From NCBI RefSeq assembly GCF_009914755.1, contig NC_060939.1: a stretch of DNA of 64,000 nucleotides; one strand, written 5' to 3'. Positions 51,824 through 64,000 of the stretch are shown here, one piece after another. A model generated the notes under the pieces. The model saw nothing but the letters and a program-made list of their open reading frames with translations. It made no database searches and was not told the origin of the DNA. Origin of the DNA: the human T2T-CHM13v2.0 reference genome, Homo sapiens. Made by a program: the position numbers and the translations under genes. The first letter of the stretch is position 1. Each line of letters opens with the position of its first letter.

Positions 51824-51992
51824 TATTTTCATAGTCACAATCAAAATACAGATATAATTTGTATCTGTATACAGTAGAAATAGAAGTACTATTCCTACTT
51901 AATGATATATAAGTATTTTCATAGTCATAATCAAAATACAGATACAATTTGTATCTGTATACTGTAGAAATAGAAGTACTATTTCTACTTAA
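51824..51992. repeat. 90-bp tandem duplication, each unit with two inverted repeats
   Basis: Units start at 51824 and 51914. Confidence 0.9.
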
Positions 51993-52006
51993 CAATAAAT
52001 CTTAAC

Positions 52007-52316
52007 TTTTTTTTTTTCTTTTTTTTTTTTTTTTGAGACATGGTGTGGCTCTGTCGCCCGGACTGGAGTGCAGTTGGCATGATCTTGGGTCACTGCAACC
52101 TCCGTCTCCTGGGCTCAAGCCATCCTCCCCACTCAGCCTCCCAAATAGCTGGGACTACAGGTGCATGCCACCACACCTGGCTAATTTTTGTATTTTTAGT
52201 AGAGACGGGGTTTCAACATGTTGCCCAGGATGTTCTCGAACTCCTGACCTCAAGTGATCCACCCACTTTGGCCTTTCAAAGTGCTGGGATTACAGGTGTG
52301 AGCCACGGTGCTGGGC
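52007..52316 (-). mobile_element. Alu
   Basis: Reverse Alu. Confidence 0.88.
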
Positions 52317-52397
52317 CACCCTTATCCATTCTTATGTGCTTTTAAAATATTTGTAATTATAGTTTTTCCAAAAAGATTATTGTTTGGATTGGAATCT

Positions 52398-52742
<345 letters not shown>

Positions 52743-54337
52743 TGAACAATGTATAAAAGTATAAAAAGGAAAATAAAATCAAATATATCATCACCTAGAA
52801 ATACTCACTCTTACCATTTTGGTGCATTTTCGTCTATAAAAGTAAATATTTGTCTGGATTTCTGGTTATTTTCCTAGGACAGTTTCCTACAAGAGGAATT
52901 AGTGGAACAAACCTTTTAAGATTCTTGAGATATTTTGCCAAACTTCCTGAATGTAAGATTGCTCATCTAATAATTTTCATCGCACATGGTTATATAATAT
53001 TCCATTTGGTTGTATAGTTTACTTAATCATTCTCTGATTGTTGGACATCCAGACAATTATGGCTTCCTGGGGTTGCCGAGAGAATTACACGAGAGAGCTA
53101 TTAGGAAACCAGACCTTGGGTCTGACACAGAGGAAATCTTCATTACTATTCCTTTGCCTACCCCCTGCTTCAACCACTCCAGGTAATGGGCTTCCTGTCC
53201 GCCAGAGAACTCAGCCCTAAATGCCTCCCTTCCCCATCTGGGGCCACTCCAGCACATTCCCCAAAGCTTATGCCTTCCAAAGATGTCAGCCTCTTCTGAG
53301 TCCTGATGAGGTGCGGCTCTTGTTTTCCAGAACGACAGTGGGTGTTGTTTCCATATCACACTGGGTGTTGGCAGATCCAAAGGTAAGAGGAATCCAAAGA
53401 TGCTCTTTCCTTCAAAAGATGCCATCTTTAGGGTCTGGCTGTGGAAGAGGAACGTAGTCCAGTCAGCAGGGTGAGTACTCCAGCCCAGTGATGAATGTGT
53501 ACATGGACCTTCTTTATCCTTCAAGGTTAAGCTCAAAATCCCCCTCTTGCAAGGACCTTTTCTGAATTCCCTTTCTGAATCCACTCATCTTAGCATTTAA
53601 TCAGTTGCTTATCACATAGTGTAATGTATTCACGAAATATCCCATGAGAATGTGCTCTCTGTCTGGCACTTTACTAGGCAGGGGAAAAATGACAGTGAAC
53701 TATAGGCATAGGTCCTGCCCTCTAGGGGGCTTATAGCAGAGAAGGAAAGAGGAACATTGAGCAAGCATTGTGCTTGCTGGTGTGATGAGTTACTGTACTT
53801 TCTCCCTAGAGCTGGATTGGTTTTTGGCTCCTGGAGGGCAGGAAGTATGTCTTGCTTTTCTTTTGGACCCTGTGGGATCTAGTATGATCTGTGTTCACAG
53901 CAGTTGTTCAATGAATACCATCAGAACAATTAACAATGGAAAATATATTATGAAAAACCTTGATTGCTTATACCTTTAGAGGCATCAGGATGCAAAGAGC
54001 AGAGACTCTGAGATATCATAGGATTCAAACCCTCACTTTGCCTGTTACTAGCTGGATGCCCGTGGGTGATGTACTCTGAGTCCCACATGCCTCGTCTATA
54101 CAATGGAGGCAGTAATACCTTCTCCAGAGAGTTATTGTGAGGATTAAGTGAGGCAATTTATGTAAATGTGTTACAGGACCCAACACAAAGTAAACCTGTA
54201 AATATTAGTTCCCTTTCCCCAGACTATTTAACCTTGGTTGAGAGGCCAAGGAAACTGTTTTCTTCTATCCATTTGAGACACCGAGTGCAGAAGGGAAGAG
54301 TGAAGTTGCAGGTCTAGAAGGGGTCTTAGCCTAATCC

Positions 54338-54670
<333 letters not shown>

Positions 54671-55436
54671 TAATTCTTTTATTTTCTTGGTAAGACAAAT
54701 AGAAGCCCATAAAACTCAGGTGACTTCCCTCAGGTTACTTGGTGATTTGAGCAGTAATGCTGGAAACAAAACTCAGGTCCCCTGATTCCAGCATCCAGTG
54801 CATTTTGGGCAGCCTTTCCTAAATTCTCACTGCCAGCCTCTCACTCTCAGAAAAGCTAGAGCCTTCATGTTACAGCTCATCTGAGGTCACTGGCCAGGGA
54901 AGATAAGGGTTCCTGTGAAATCAGGGAGAGACTTCCCAGGAAATTTACAGCTCCCTGGAGACAAGACAGGGAGGTGGTCACTTAGTAATTTTCCACTCCA
55001 TGCAAGGTCAGGATGGATTGACTTTCACATGATCAGGGTGGCTGGGTAGTGTGTCCCTGGAGGTTAGAGCAGGCCTCCTCCTGGCTTCACAGAGCCAGAA
55101 CCTGGTGGGACACAAGAAAGTGAGCGGGAAGCTGGGGAAATGAGAAGGAGGGATGATGAGATAGGGGATAAATCTGGATTAGAAACAAGTCACTCACCAT
55201 TACTCAGGCCCCACAAACCGCAAACTCCTCAGACTATGGAGCTCTGCTGTCAGAGCTTCGGCTTCTCTTACTAATAGGTGATGCTCGTAACAATATTACT
55301 AGGTGCCAGGCACAATTAAGGGCTCTCCATACATTAGCTTCACCTGAACGCTTGCAGCCTGCTTTTGAGTGACAGGATAAAGTGGTAGTTAAGGGCATGA
55401 TATCTGGTTAAACTTTCTGGGTTCAAATCTAGTCTC

Positions 55437-55679
55437 CTCCCAAAGTGGGAAGATCTGCTTGAGCCCAGCAGTTCGAGACGAGTCTGGGCAACATGTCTCT
55501 ACAAAAAACTTTAAAATTAACTAGGTATGGTAGTGCATGCCTGTAGTCCCAGCTACTGGGGAGACTGACGCAGGAGGATTGCTGGAGCTCAGAAGTTCAA
55601 GGTTACAGTGAGCTATGATCATACCACTGCGCTCCAGCCTAGGTGGCAGAGCGAGACCCTGTCTCTATAAAAAGAAAAA
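55437..55679 (+). mobile_element. AluJ (5' degraded) inserted in a MIR
   Basis: Flanks ctagtct; MIR sequence on both sides. Confidence 0.75.
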
Positions 55680-56320
55680 CCTAGTCTGTCTTCTCACTTA
55701 CATTCTAGATAACTTTGAGCAAGTTGTTTAAGCCTCTTCGTGCTTCAGTGTCCCTTATCTGTAAAATGGGGATTGTGGCTGTTCTAAGGATTAAGTGAGT
55801 TAATGCATTTCAAGTACTTATGATAGCACTGGGCACACAGCAAGCTCTGTATGCATTAATCATCATAGTTTTGTTGTCGTCATCTTAGAGGGCTTTCTTT
55901 AATCATCCTATCTAAAGAGTTCCCCTTAGTCAGTCACTATCATTTCATAGTTTTATTATCTTCAAAGCACTTGTGATCTGTGACCTCCTTCTTCTCTTCC
56001 TCTTCCTTCTATCTTGTTCATTGTCTGTTTCCTTCCACTAACATTTAAGTTCCCTAGAAGCTGTGCCTGTGCCCGGGACATAATAGATGCTCAACACATA
56101 TTTGTTGAATTGAATTATATTATTAGATCTTCCCAAACCCTATGGAGCAGGTAATCATGTTATCCCCATTTTATGAAGGAGCAAACTGAGGCCCTGAGAG
56201 TTTTCTTTGTTTTCTCAAGGTCACCCAGCTAGGACTCAAACCCAATTTGACTTAAGAGCCCTCACTCTTAAGTACTATGCTGGATTGACTCCTCTTACTC
56301 AAAAATTCTTAATAAATAAG

Positions 56321-56830
56321 GAGATATCTGCACTCCCATGTTTATTGCAGCACTGTTCACAATAGCCAAGATTTGGAAGCAAGCTAAATGTCCATAAACA
56401 GATGAGTGGATAAAGAAAAAATGGTACATATCACAGTGGAGAGCTATTAAGTCATAAAAAAGAATGAGATCCTGTCATTTGCAACAATATGGATGGACCT
56501 GGAGAGTACTGTGTTCAGTGAAATAAGCCAAGCACAGAAAGCCAAACGTTGCGTGTTCTCACTTATTTGTGGGATCTAAAAATCAAAACAACTGGACTCA
56601 TAGAGATAGAGAATAGAACAATGGTTACCAGAGTTGAGGGTGTTGGGAGAAGTGGGGGTTGTTCATGGGTACAAAAATGAAAGAATGAATAAGACATAGT
56701 ATTTGCTACCACAGCAGAGAGACTATAGTAAAAAATAATTTAATTGTACGTTTAAAAATAACTTAAAAAGTATAATTGGATTGTTTGTAACACAAAGGAT
56801 GAATGTTTGAGGTGATGGATACTCTCCCCT
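56321..56830 (+). mobile_element. L1MA 3' fragment
   Basis: atctgcactcccatgtttattgcagcac...gtttgtaacacaaaggat. Confidence 0.78.
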
Positions 56831-58595
56831 TCAAAAAAAGAAAATATATTTAGACCTATTTCTAAGCAAAAAAGTTAATGTCAGGACAGTATATGAACTA
56901 TGATTCAGTCATAATGTGTACGTAAATACAGTATGTGTATACATGTATAAACAAAACCAAACAAAATGAAAATTCTTAGTAAGTAGACAGGAATTATGCC
57001 ACATCTTAGCAATGTTCTCCTCTTTCACTTGAGGCAGAAGTTGGGGCTGGAAAGTTGGAAAAAGGGGCAAAGATCCAGCCTTCATTCCTCTCCTACAGAG
57101 CTCAGCTTCAGCCCCTCCTGTCCTCATCCACTCCTTTTCCCCCTGGCCCCAAAGCCCTTCCATCCAATCTCATGCTTGTCTTCCTCTTCTCCATCCACAG
57201 TCCCATTACCATCCAATCCCACCCGATTCCTTGTCCATCCCTGTTTCATTCTCATCCTCATCCCTATTCCTGGGAGGCAGGGTTTGGGTTGGGCTTTGTC
57301 CCAAAGCCTGAGACAAACATCTCTGTAACCCAGAGCGGGGAAGATTTGCTTTCCTTTACACGGTTTATGTGATCATTTCCACGAATTCCCTCTGAGTCAT
57401 CTTCCATCTTTCTCTGGGACATTTTTGTAGCCTCCCTTGTTTGCACATTTTTCAGTCTAATCCCTCCCCGACACACACTTATGCAATGACCTCGCTTTCT
57501 GAACCCAAGGTATCACCCAATAGCTGCCTGATCCTGCCTTCTAGCCCACTTCTCAAAGAGTTGGTCATAAAGCCCCAGGAAGGGTAGGACCAGGTTAGTA
57601 TCTAGGCAAGTGTTGAGGCTGAAGACACTTTTAACCTCTCTGCAAGTCCTTGACTTTTATCCCTGTCATTCAGTGGCTTTCTGGGACTCTGTGCAGGGTT
57701 AGACAGAGCAGCCAGATCACATGAATACATGCTTAGGGCTGACATCTACAGCCTGACTGGCGTGTGGAGTCAGGACTGAGGCCAGGCAGGCTGAGTGCCA
57801 TCTGAAGTGACTCAAGATAATGGCAGCATGTCCCTCTATCCAGCTGGACATACACTTGGCATTGCCCGGTGTTTGGGCAAGAGTTGGCTGGGGATACATC
57901 TTCAGTGATGACAAAGTCTTTGGGAGATCCTCACTTAGGCCCCAGCATGGCAGGGAAGTCAGGGCTAAGCAGAGAGTTTTATGGATAATCTTGATAGCCA
58001 TGTTAATGCCATTCTCCAGTCTAGCAAGGATGGGTGAATTAGGATGGAATGAATAAATACTTTGCACAGTTTTTAGAAAGGCATAGGGAGGAACTGCAGG
58101 GTCAGATTTGGGAGTAAAGCTAAGGCTGAGACTGAAGGGGCTGGAGTTTGGGATTACTGACTGGTTGTGCACTTACTAAGGGCAGGAAGGCTGGAGGACT
58201 GCAGGAATGATGCTGTTGATAAATAGGTGAACTCATAATCATCACGCACCGCAACTATGGAACACAGTCTCCTGCCTTTTCTCATCTGTGTAATTGTCTG
58301 GGCCAATATTGTTATTTGACTTCCCAATACTCTCACAGACATTTGAATAAATGAGGAAGAGGCCCAGAGGAGTTAAGGGATTTCCCTCCATAGCTATTTG
58401 CAGATAAAGTGGGCACTAGAATCCAGGTCTCTTGACTTCTGATTGGTGCTCTTCCAGCCTTGTCAGAGAGATACCTTCAACAGAGGGGGTTGGGAACCAG
58501 AGGCATTTGGCCTGGCTGAAGAGGTAGGGTGGGGCCAGTGAGAAGACAAACCTGGTCTGAAACTCTCCCTCCACAGGTCCTACTGGCTGGATAAC

Positions 58596-59070
58596 TGTAT
58601 GACCCAGCAATTCCACTCATAGATACATACTCAAGAGAAATGAGTGCATGATGGCCACCAAAACATAGGTACAAGAACACTCACAGAATTTTTATTTATA
58701 ATCATTCAAAATTAGAAACAACCCAAACGTCCATCAACAGAAGAATAAACAAACTGTGGTACATCTCTACAATAGAATACTACTCAGCAATGAAAAGGAA
58801 CAAACTGCTGATACACACAACAGCATGGATGAATTACAAAGGCATTATGGTGAGTAAAAGAGGCCAGTCTCAAAAGAGTATATTTAGTAGGACCAAAACT
58901 GGATTTGGTAGAAATCACATCAGTGGTTGCTTCTAGGAGCTAGGGGAGACGAAGTGGAAGGGGGTACAAGGGGAGTTTCTGGGGTGATGGAAATGTTGAA
59001 ACATTCTATGTCTTGACCTGGGTGGTGGTAAAACATGTACATGATTATTTATTATACCTCGATGTAAAAT
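58596..59070 (+). mobile_element. Ancient L1M 3' fragment overlapping the DUOX2 3' end in antisense
   Basis: tatgacccagcaattccactc...aaacaacccaaacgtccatcaacag...tactactcagcaatgaaaaggaac. Confidence 0.7.
58691..58696 (-). terminator. Candidate DUOX2 polyadenylation signal
   Basis: AATAAA on the - strand (tttatt on +) about 1.47 kb after the stop; another at 59048-59053. Confidence 0.6.
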
Positions 59071-59168
59071 ATTTTACAGCTCAGCTTTTTAGGAAAGAGC
59101 CCGATGAAAAAGGAAAAGAAAAGTTAAAGAGCTGAGTATGGAGGGGATGTTTCAGCCTGGCTCTTGCG

Positions 59169-59282
59169 TAAGGTGACCAGCTGTCCCAATCTGCCTGGGA
59201 CTGATGGGGTTTCCTGGGGCAAGAGACTTTCAGTGCTAAAACAGGGAGAGTCCTGGGCAAACTAGGACAGCTGGTCACCCAA
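59169..59282. mobile_element. MER81 hAT-Blackjack MITE in the DUOX2 3' UTR
   Basis: TIRs taaggtgaccagctgtcc/ggacagctggtcacccaa; 114 bp; 8-bp TSD ctcttgcg/ctcttgtg. Confidence 0.78.
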
Positions 59283-60165
59283 CTCTTGTGGAAGAGGGGA
59301 ATTGAGATCGAGTACTGAATATCTGGCAGAGAGGCTGGAATCCTTCAGCCCCAGAGCCCAGGGACCACTCCAGTAGATGCAGAGAGGGGCCTGCCCAGGG
59401 GTCAGGGCAGTGGGTATCACTGGTGACATCAAGAATATCAGGGCTGGGGAGGCATCTTTGTTTCCTGGTGCCCTCCTCAAAGTTGCTGACACTTTGGGGA
59501 CGGGAAGGGGTAGAAGTAGGGCTGCTCCTTTTGGAGCTGGAGGGAATAGACCTGGAGACAGAGTTGAGGCAGTCGGGCTGTCCAGGTTCTAAGCATCACA
59601 GCTTCTGCACTGGGCTCTGAGGAGATTCTCAGCCAGAGGATCCCAGCCTCCTCCTCCCTCAAATGTCAGTCCAAGCAAATACCAAAGCAACGCATCGATT
59701 TTGTGGAAGTCAATTAGAGATGTGGGGAGCTATCGGAGACAAGCACTATTGTACCTTTTCACCTCCACACTTGTCACAAGCAGGGACTGTCTCCTCCCCA
59801 CTTTGCTTGCCACGCCTGCCATGGCTTGAGCTGGGGTGAGGAGTGGTCTTTATCTTCTTTGGGAGATCCTGACTGGTTGCGCACTTGCTAAGGGCAGGAA
59901 GTCTGGAGGGCTGCAGGAATGGTGCCGTTGATAAACAGGTGGACTTATAATCATCATGCACTGCAATTGTAGAACATAGTCTCCTGCCTTTTCTCATTTG
60001 TATAATTGTCTGGGTCAATATTCTCCCAATATTGGGAGGGGCTCTGCAGCCCTCCAGCTGAGGCCTAAGGTGGATTCTGATGGAGAGATTGCCAGCAGGG
60101 CTGGGCAACTTAGGTGCACAGAAGAGAAGGCAGGATACTGGAAGCAGCAGCCAGGGAGGACAGGC

Positions 60166-60291
<126 letters not shown>

Positions 60292-60494
60292 TCAGGAGAT
60301 TGGAGAGAGAGAGGGGCCTGCAGCCTAAAGGTGCTCACTCTCCTTGGGAAAAGCTGCTTCCTGAGCCTGGCTGGAATGACTAAGGCTTCAAGCCCAGGCC
60401 TTGAGGAGGAGGCTTAACGTGGAGGGGGTGGAAGTCCCCCTTTAACAGCTGACCTCATCCTGGGGCCAGGCAATCGGGTGGAGTTCTCTGCTCA

Positions 60495-60854
<360 letters not shown>

Positions 60855-60951
60855 TCAGCCTGGCCGTCCACCCACCTGCCCTGGCCATCCTGCCTTACGC
60901 TGCCAATCCATCTGCCCGCCAAGTTGCCCTGCCTGGCGGGCCCTGACATAC

Positions 60952-61107
60952 TAGCATGGTGGTCCTGAGGTCGAACTTCTCAGCCAGCTGGGTGACATAA
61001 ATGTGCACAGACACCAGGTCCTGGTGGTCGTTCTCCTCCACCTCTTGGATGATGTCAGCCAGCCACTCAAACTGACGCTGGGTCCGTGTCACCCAGATGA
61101 AGTAGAT
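60952..61107 (-). CDS. DUOX2: DUOX2 exon 32 (IYFIWVTR...FDLRTTML)
   Basis: ccccag|ATCTAC...ATGCTA|gtatgt; 156 nt. Confidence 0.96.
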
Positions 61108-61320
61108 CTGGGGACACAGGGCTGGAGATCAGGACCCAGCTCAGTTCAGCCTCCCTAGATCCCAGGTGCCTTCACCTGAGAGGCTGGGAAGCCCCAGACC
61201 ACCTGCAGACACCAAAGCTGTGGCAGGACCCACCAGCCTGATCCCAGGCTTCCAACTGACAGGTCCCAGCAGAGGCCCTTCTGGCTATACCACCAACCTC
61301 CCTCCAAGTTTGGCATCTCA

Positions 61321-62083
<763 letters not shown>

Positions 62084-63253
62084 TCATAGACAGGGAAAAG
62101 CACAGATGAGAAGGCCTGCTCCTGGTACCTGAGGACTGATAGGCACCTGTCCTCTTCACACCCCTGAGGCCTGGGGAGTAGTCACATGGTCTGAGCAAGT
62201 GGGGCTCCTGGGGCTGGGAGTAGGAGGGTCCCCTTCTCTGTTTCCCAGGTAATGCAAGAGCTGGGTTTCTCTGCTCCCCTGTTCCAGCCCCTCTCCTCCT
62301 CTCTACTCCCTCTTCCCATGGAAGGCCCAGGCCTCATACCACTGCCTTGAATACCAACCTGCTGGGTAAAGGGACTCAGGCTCACCAGGGACCATCTCAG
62401 TGGCTACCAGACCTCCATTTGAGGGTTACCTTTCTACACACCTCCTGCACTATCATTTATCTAACACTTTTCTTTAAATTGACTAACTTTTCCAATTCAA
62501 TTAATCTTGGCAGGGAACTTTATTGCTAAGGTAAGTGGAAAACCAGTATCATGTGTCCTACATAGAAGACAACATATTTTGTTACCAAATTTTAGCTGGA
62601 TACTGTTTGTACCATAGCTGAGCCTCAGGCCTGATCTCTTCATTGAAAAAGGAGATCAGCAAGTGCTGGAGAGTAGAAAGGCATACTAACACCACTCTGA
62701 GATTTTGTCCTTAAGTAATCTCAATTGAAATAACATTGCAATGAGATTAATTTTTTTACAACATGAGTCCTGAAGGTTAGACAGTCCTGAGATACATAAA
62801 ATCATCTTTTGCCACCCTCTATGATGATACCAATCCCGACTTTGGCCAGCACTGACTCTCAACAACCCAGACTGGCAATCTGGGCATTTGCCTGTCTCTG
62901 AGAGAAGGAATGGGACAGGCATATGTGGCTTCCTGCCCTGCACTTCCCCTGCACCCAGGCCACACATGTGGGGCCCTTTCCCATCCTCAAACCCCTCTGT
63001 ATGCACGTTCAGCCACCTCTTCTCAGGTCACTTCTCACCATCTGCAAGTCTCCTGGGAGCTAAGCACAGCCCTTTCTGGGTCTACTTCTATCAGGAAACC
63101 TTCAGGAACCCCCGAGAGTGGTTTTTTGTTGTTGTTGTTTTTGGAGACAGAGTCAGAGGCAGTGATGGGGTCAGGAGACCTGGTGAACTGTCTCCCCATG
63201 TCTGAAGATTTGGCCTCTGTCGCTCCCGACCCAGGTCAGGCTGGGCCTGATAC

Positions 63254-63407
63254 CTGAGGGCAGCAGCTCCGCCTTCACCACGCTGATCTCCACCTTCTTC
63301 CGGCTCAGGCTCACCAGCTTGTCACCTCCATAGATGATTGCCGGGACCAGGAAGTAGATGTGGAAAGTGGGCAGCTGGATCAGAGCATAGCTGCCATGGA
63401 TGATGAG
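63254..63407 (-). CDS. DUOX2: DUOX2 exon 29 ([13 protein letters not shown]...AELLPS)
   Basis: ctccag|CTCATC...CTCAG|gtatca; 154 nt. Confidence 0.95.
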
Positions 63408-63482
63408 CTGGAGACACGGCCAGTTAGTACAACTCAGGCCCAGCCAGGCCCCTGCCCGGCATCCCCTCTTGCCCAGGCACTA

Positions 63483-63854
<372 letters not shown>

Positions 63855-64000
63855 TCATCCCTCCGGGGCCCCCAGAAAAGCCTGCCTGGAGGGATTTGAG
63901 CTGGGGCTTGTCCTGAAGGCTAGAAACAGACCCCATGGCCAGTATAGACAAGTGAGTATTCACAGAGAGATGGAGACAAAAGCAGAAGTCCTCAGACAGA

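Noticed and set aside
53057-53584. 175-aa ORF on the - strand
   Set aside because: Non-ATG start and no recognisable homology; it would need conservation or Ribo-seq support.

Overview
Human (great-ape type) genomic DNA matching chr15q21.1. The + strand carries SORD (sorbitol dehydrogenase) from intron 1 through exons 2-9 and the 3' UTR. All eight exons have GT-AG borders and splice into an open frame ending ...CDPSDQNP*. The exon 7 five-G run is intact and the gene lies tail-to-tail with DUOX2, so this is the functional gene and not SORD2P. The - strand carries the last seven exons of DUOX2 (28-34) and its 3' UTR. The rest is repeat-rich: a solo LTR12C in intron 1, about 25 Alus, L1 and MIR fragments, MLT2/MST LTRs, MER2/MER30/MER81 DNA transposons and a Y1 RNA retrocopy. 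The most striking structure is in SORD intron 3, a four-level nested insertion: an AluJ split by a MER61-type provirus, which holds a YWHAZ (14-3-3 zeta) processed pseudogene, which is itself split by a twin-primed 5'-inverted L1. Each nested insertion has a readable target-site duplication. The proviral 5' LTR keeps a perfect-consensus p53 element, a TATA box and a strong splice donor, all pointing antisense to SORD and to the YWHAZ retrocopy. That is my best candidate for an undescribed regulatory unit, but it is a hypothesis; the sequence alone proves no new system. Repeat subfamily names, cDNA numbering and variant names come from memory, not a database search, and repeat boundaries are approximate unless a TSD is quoted.
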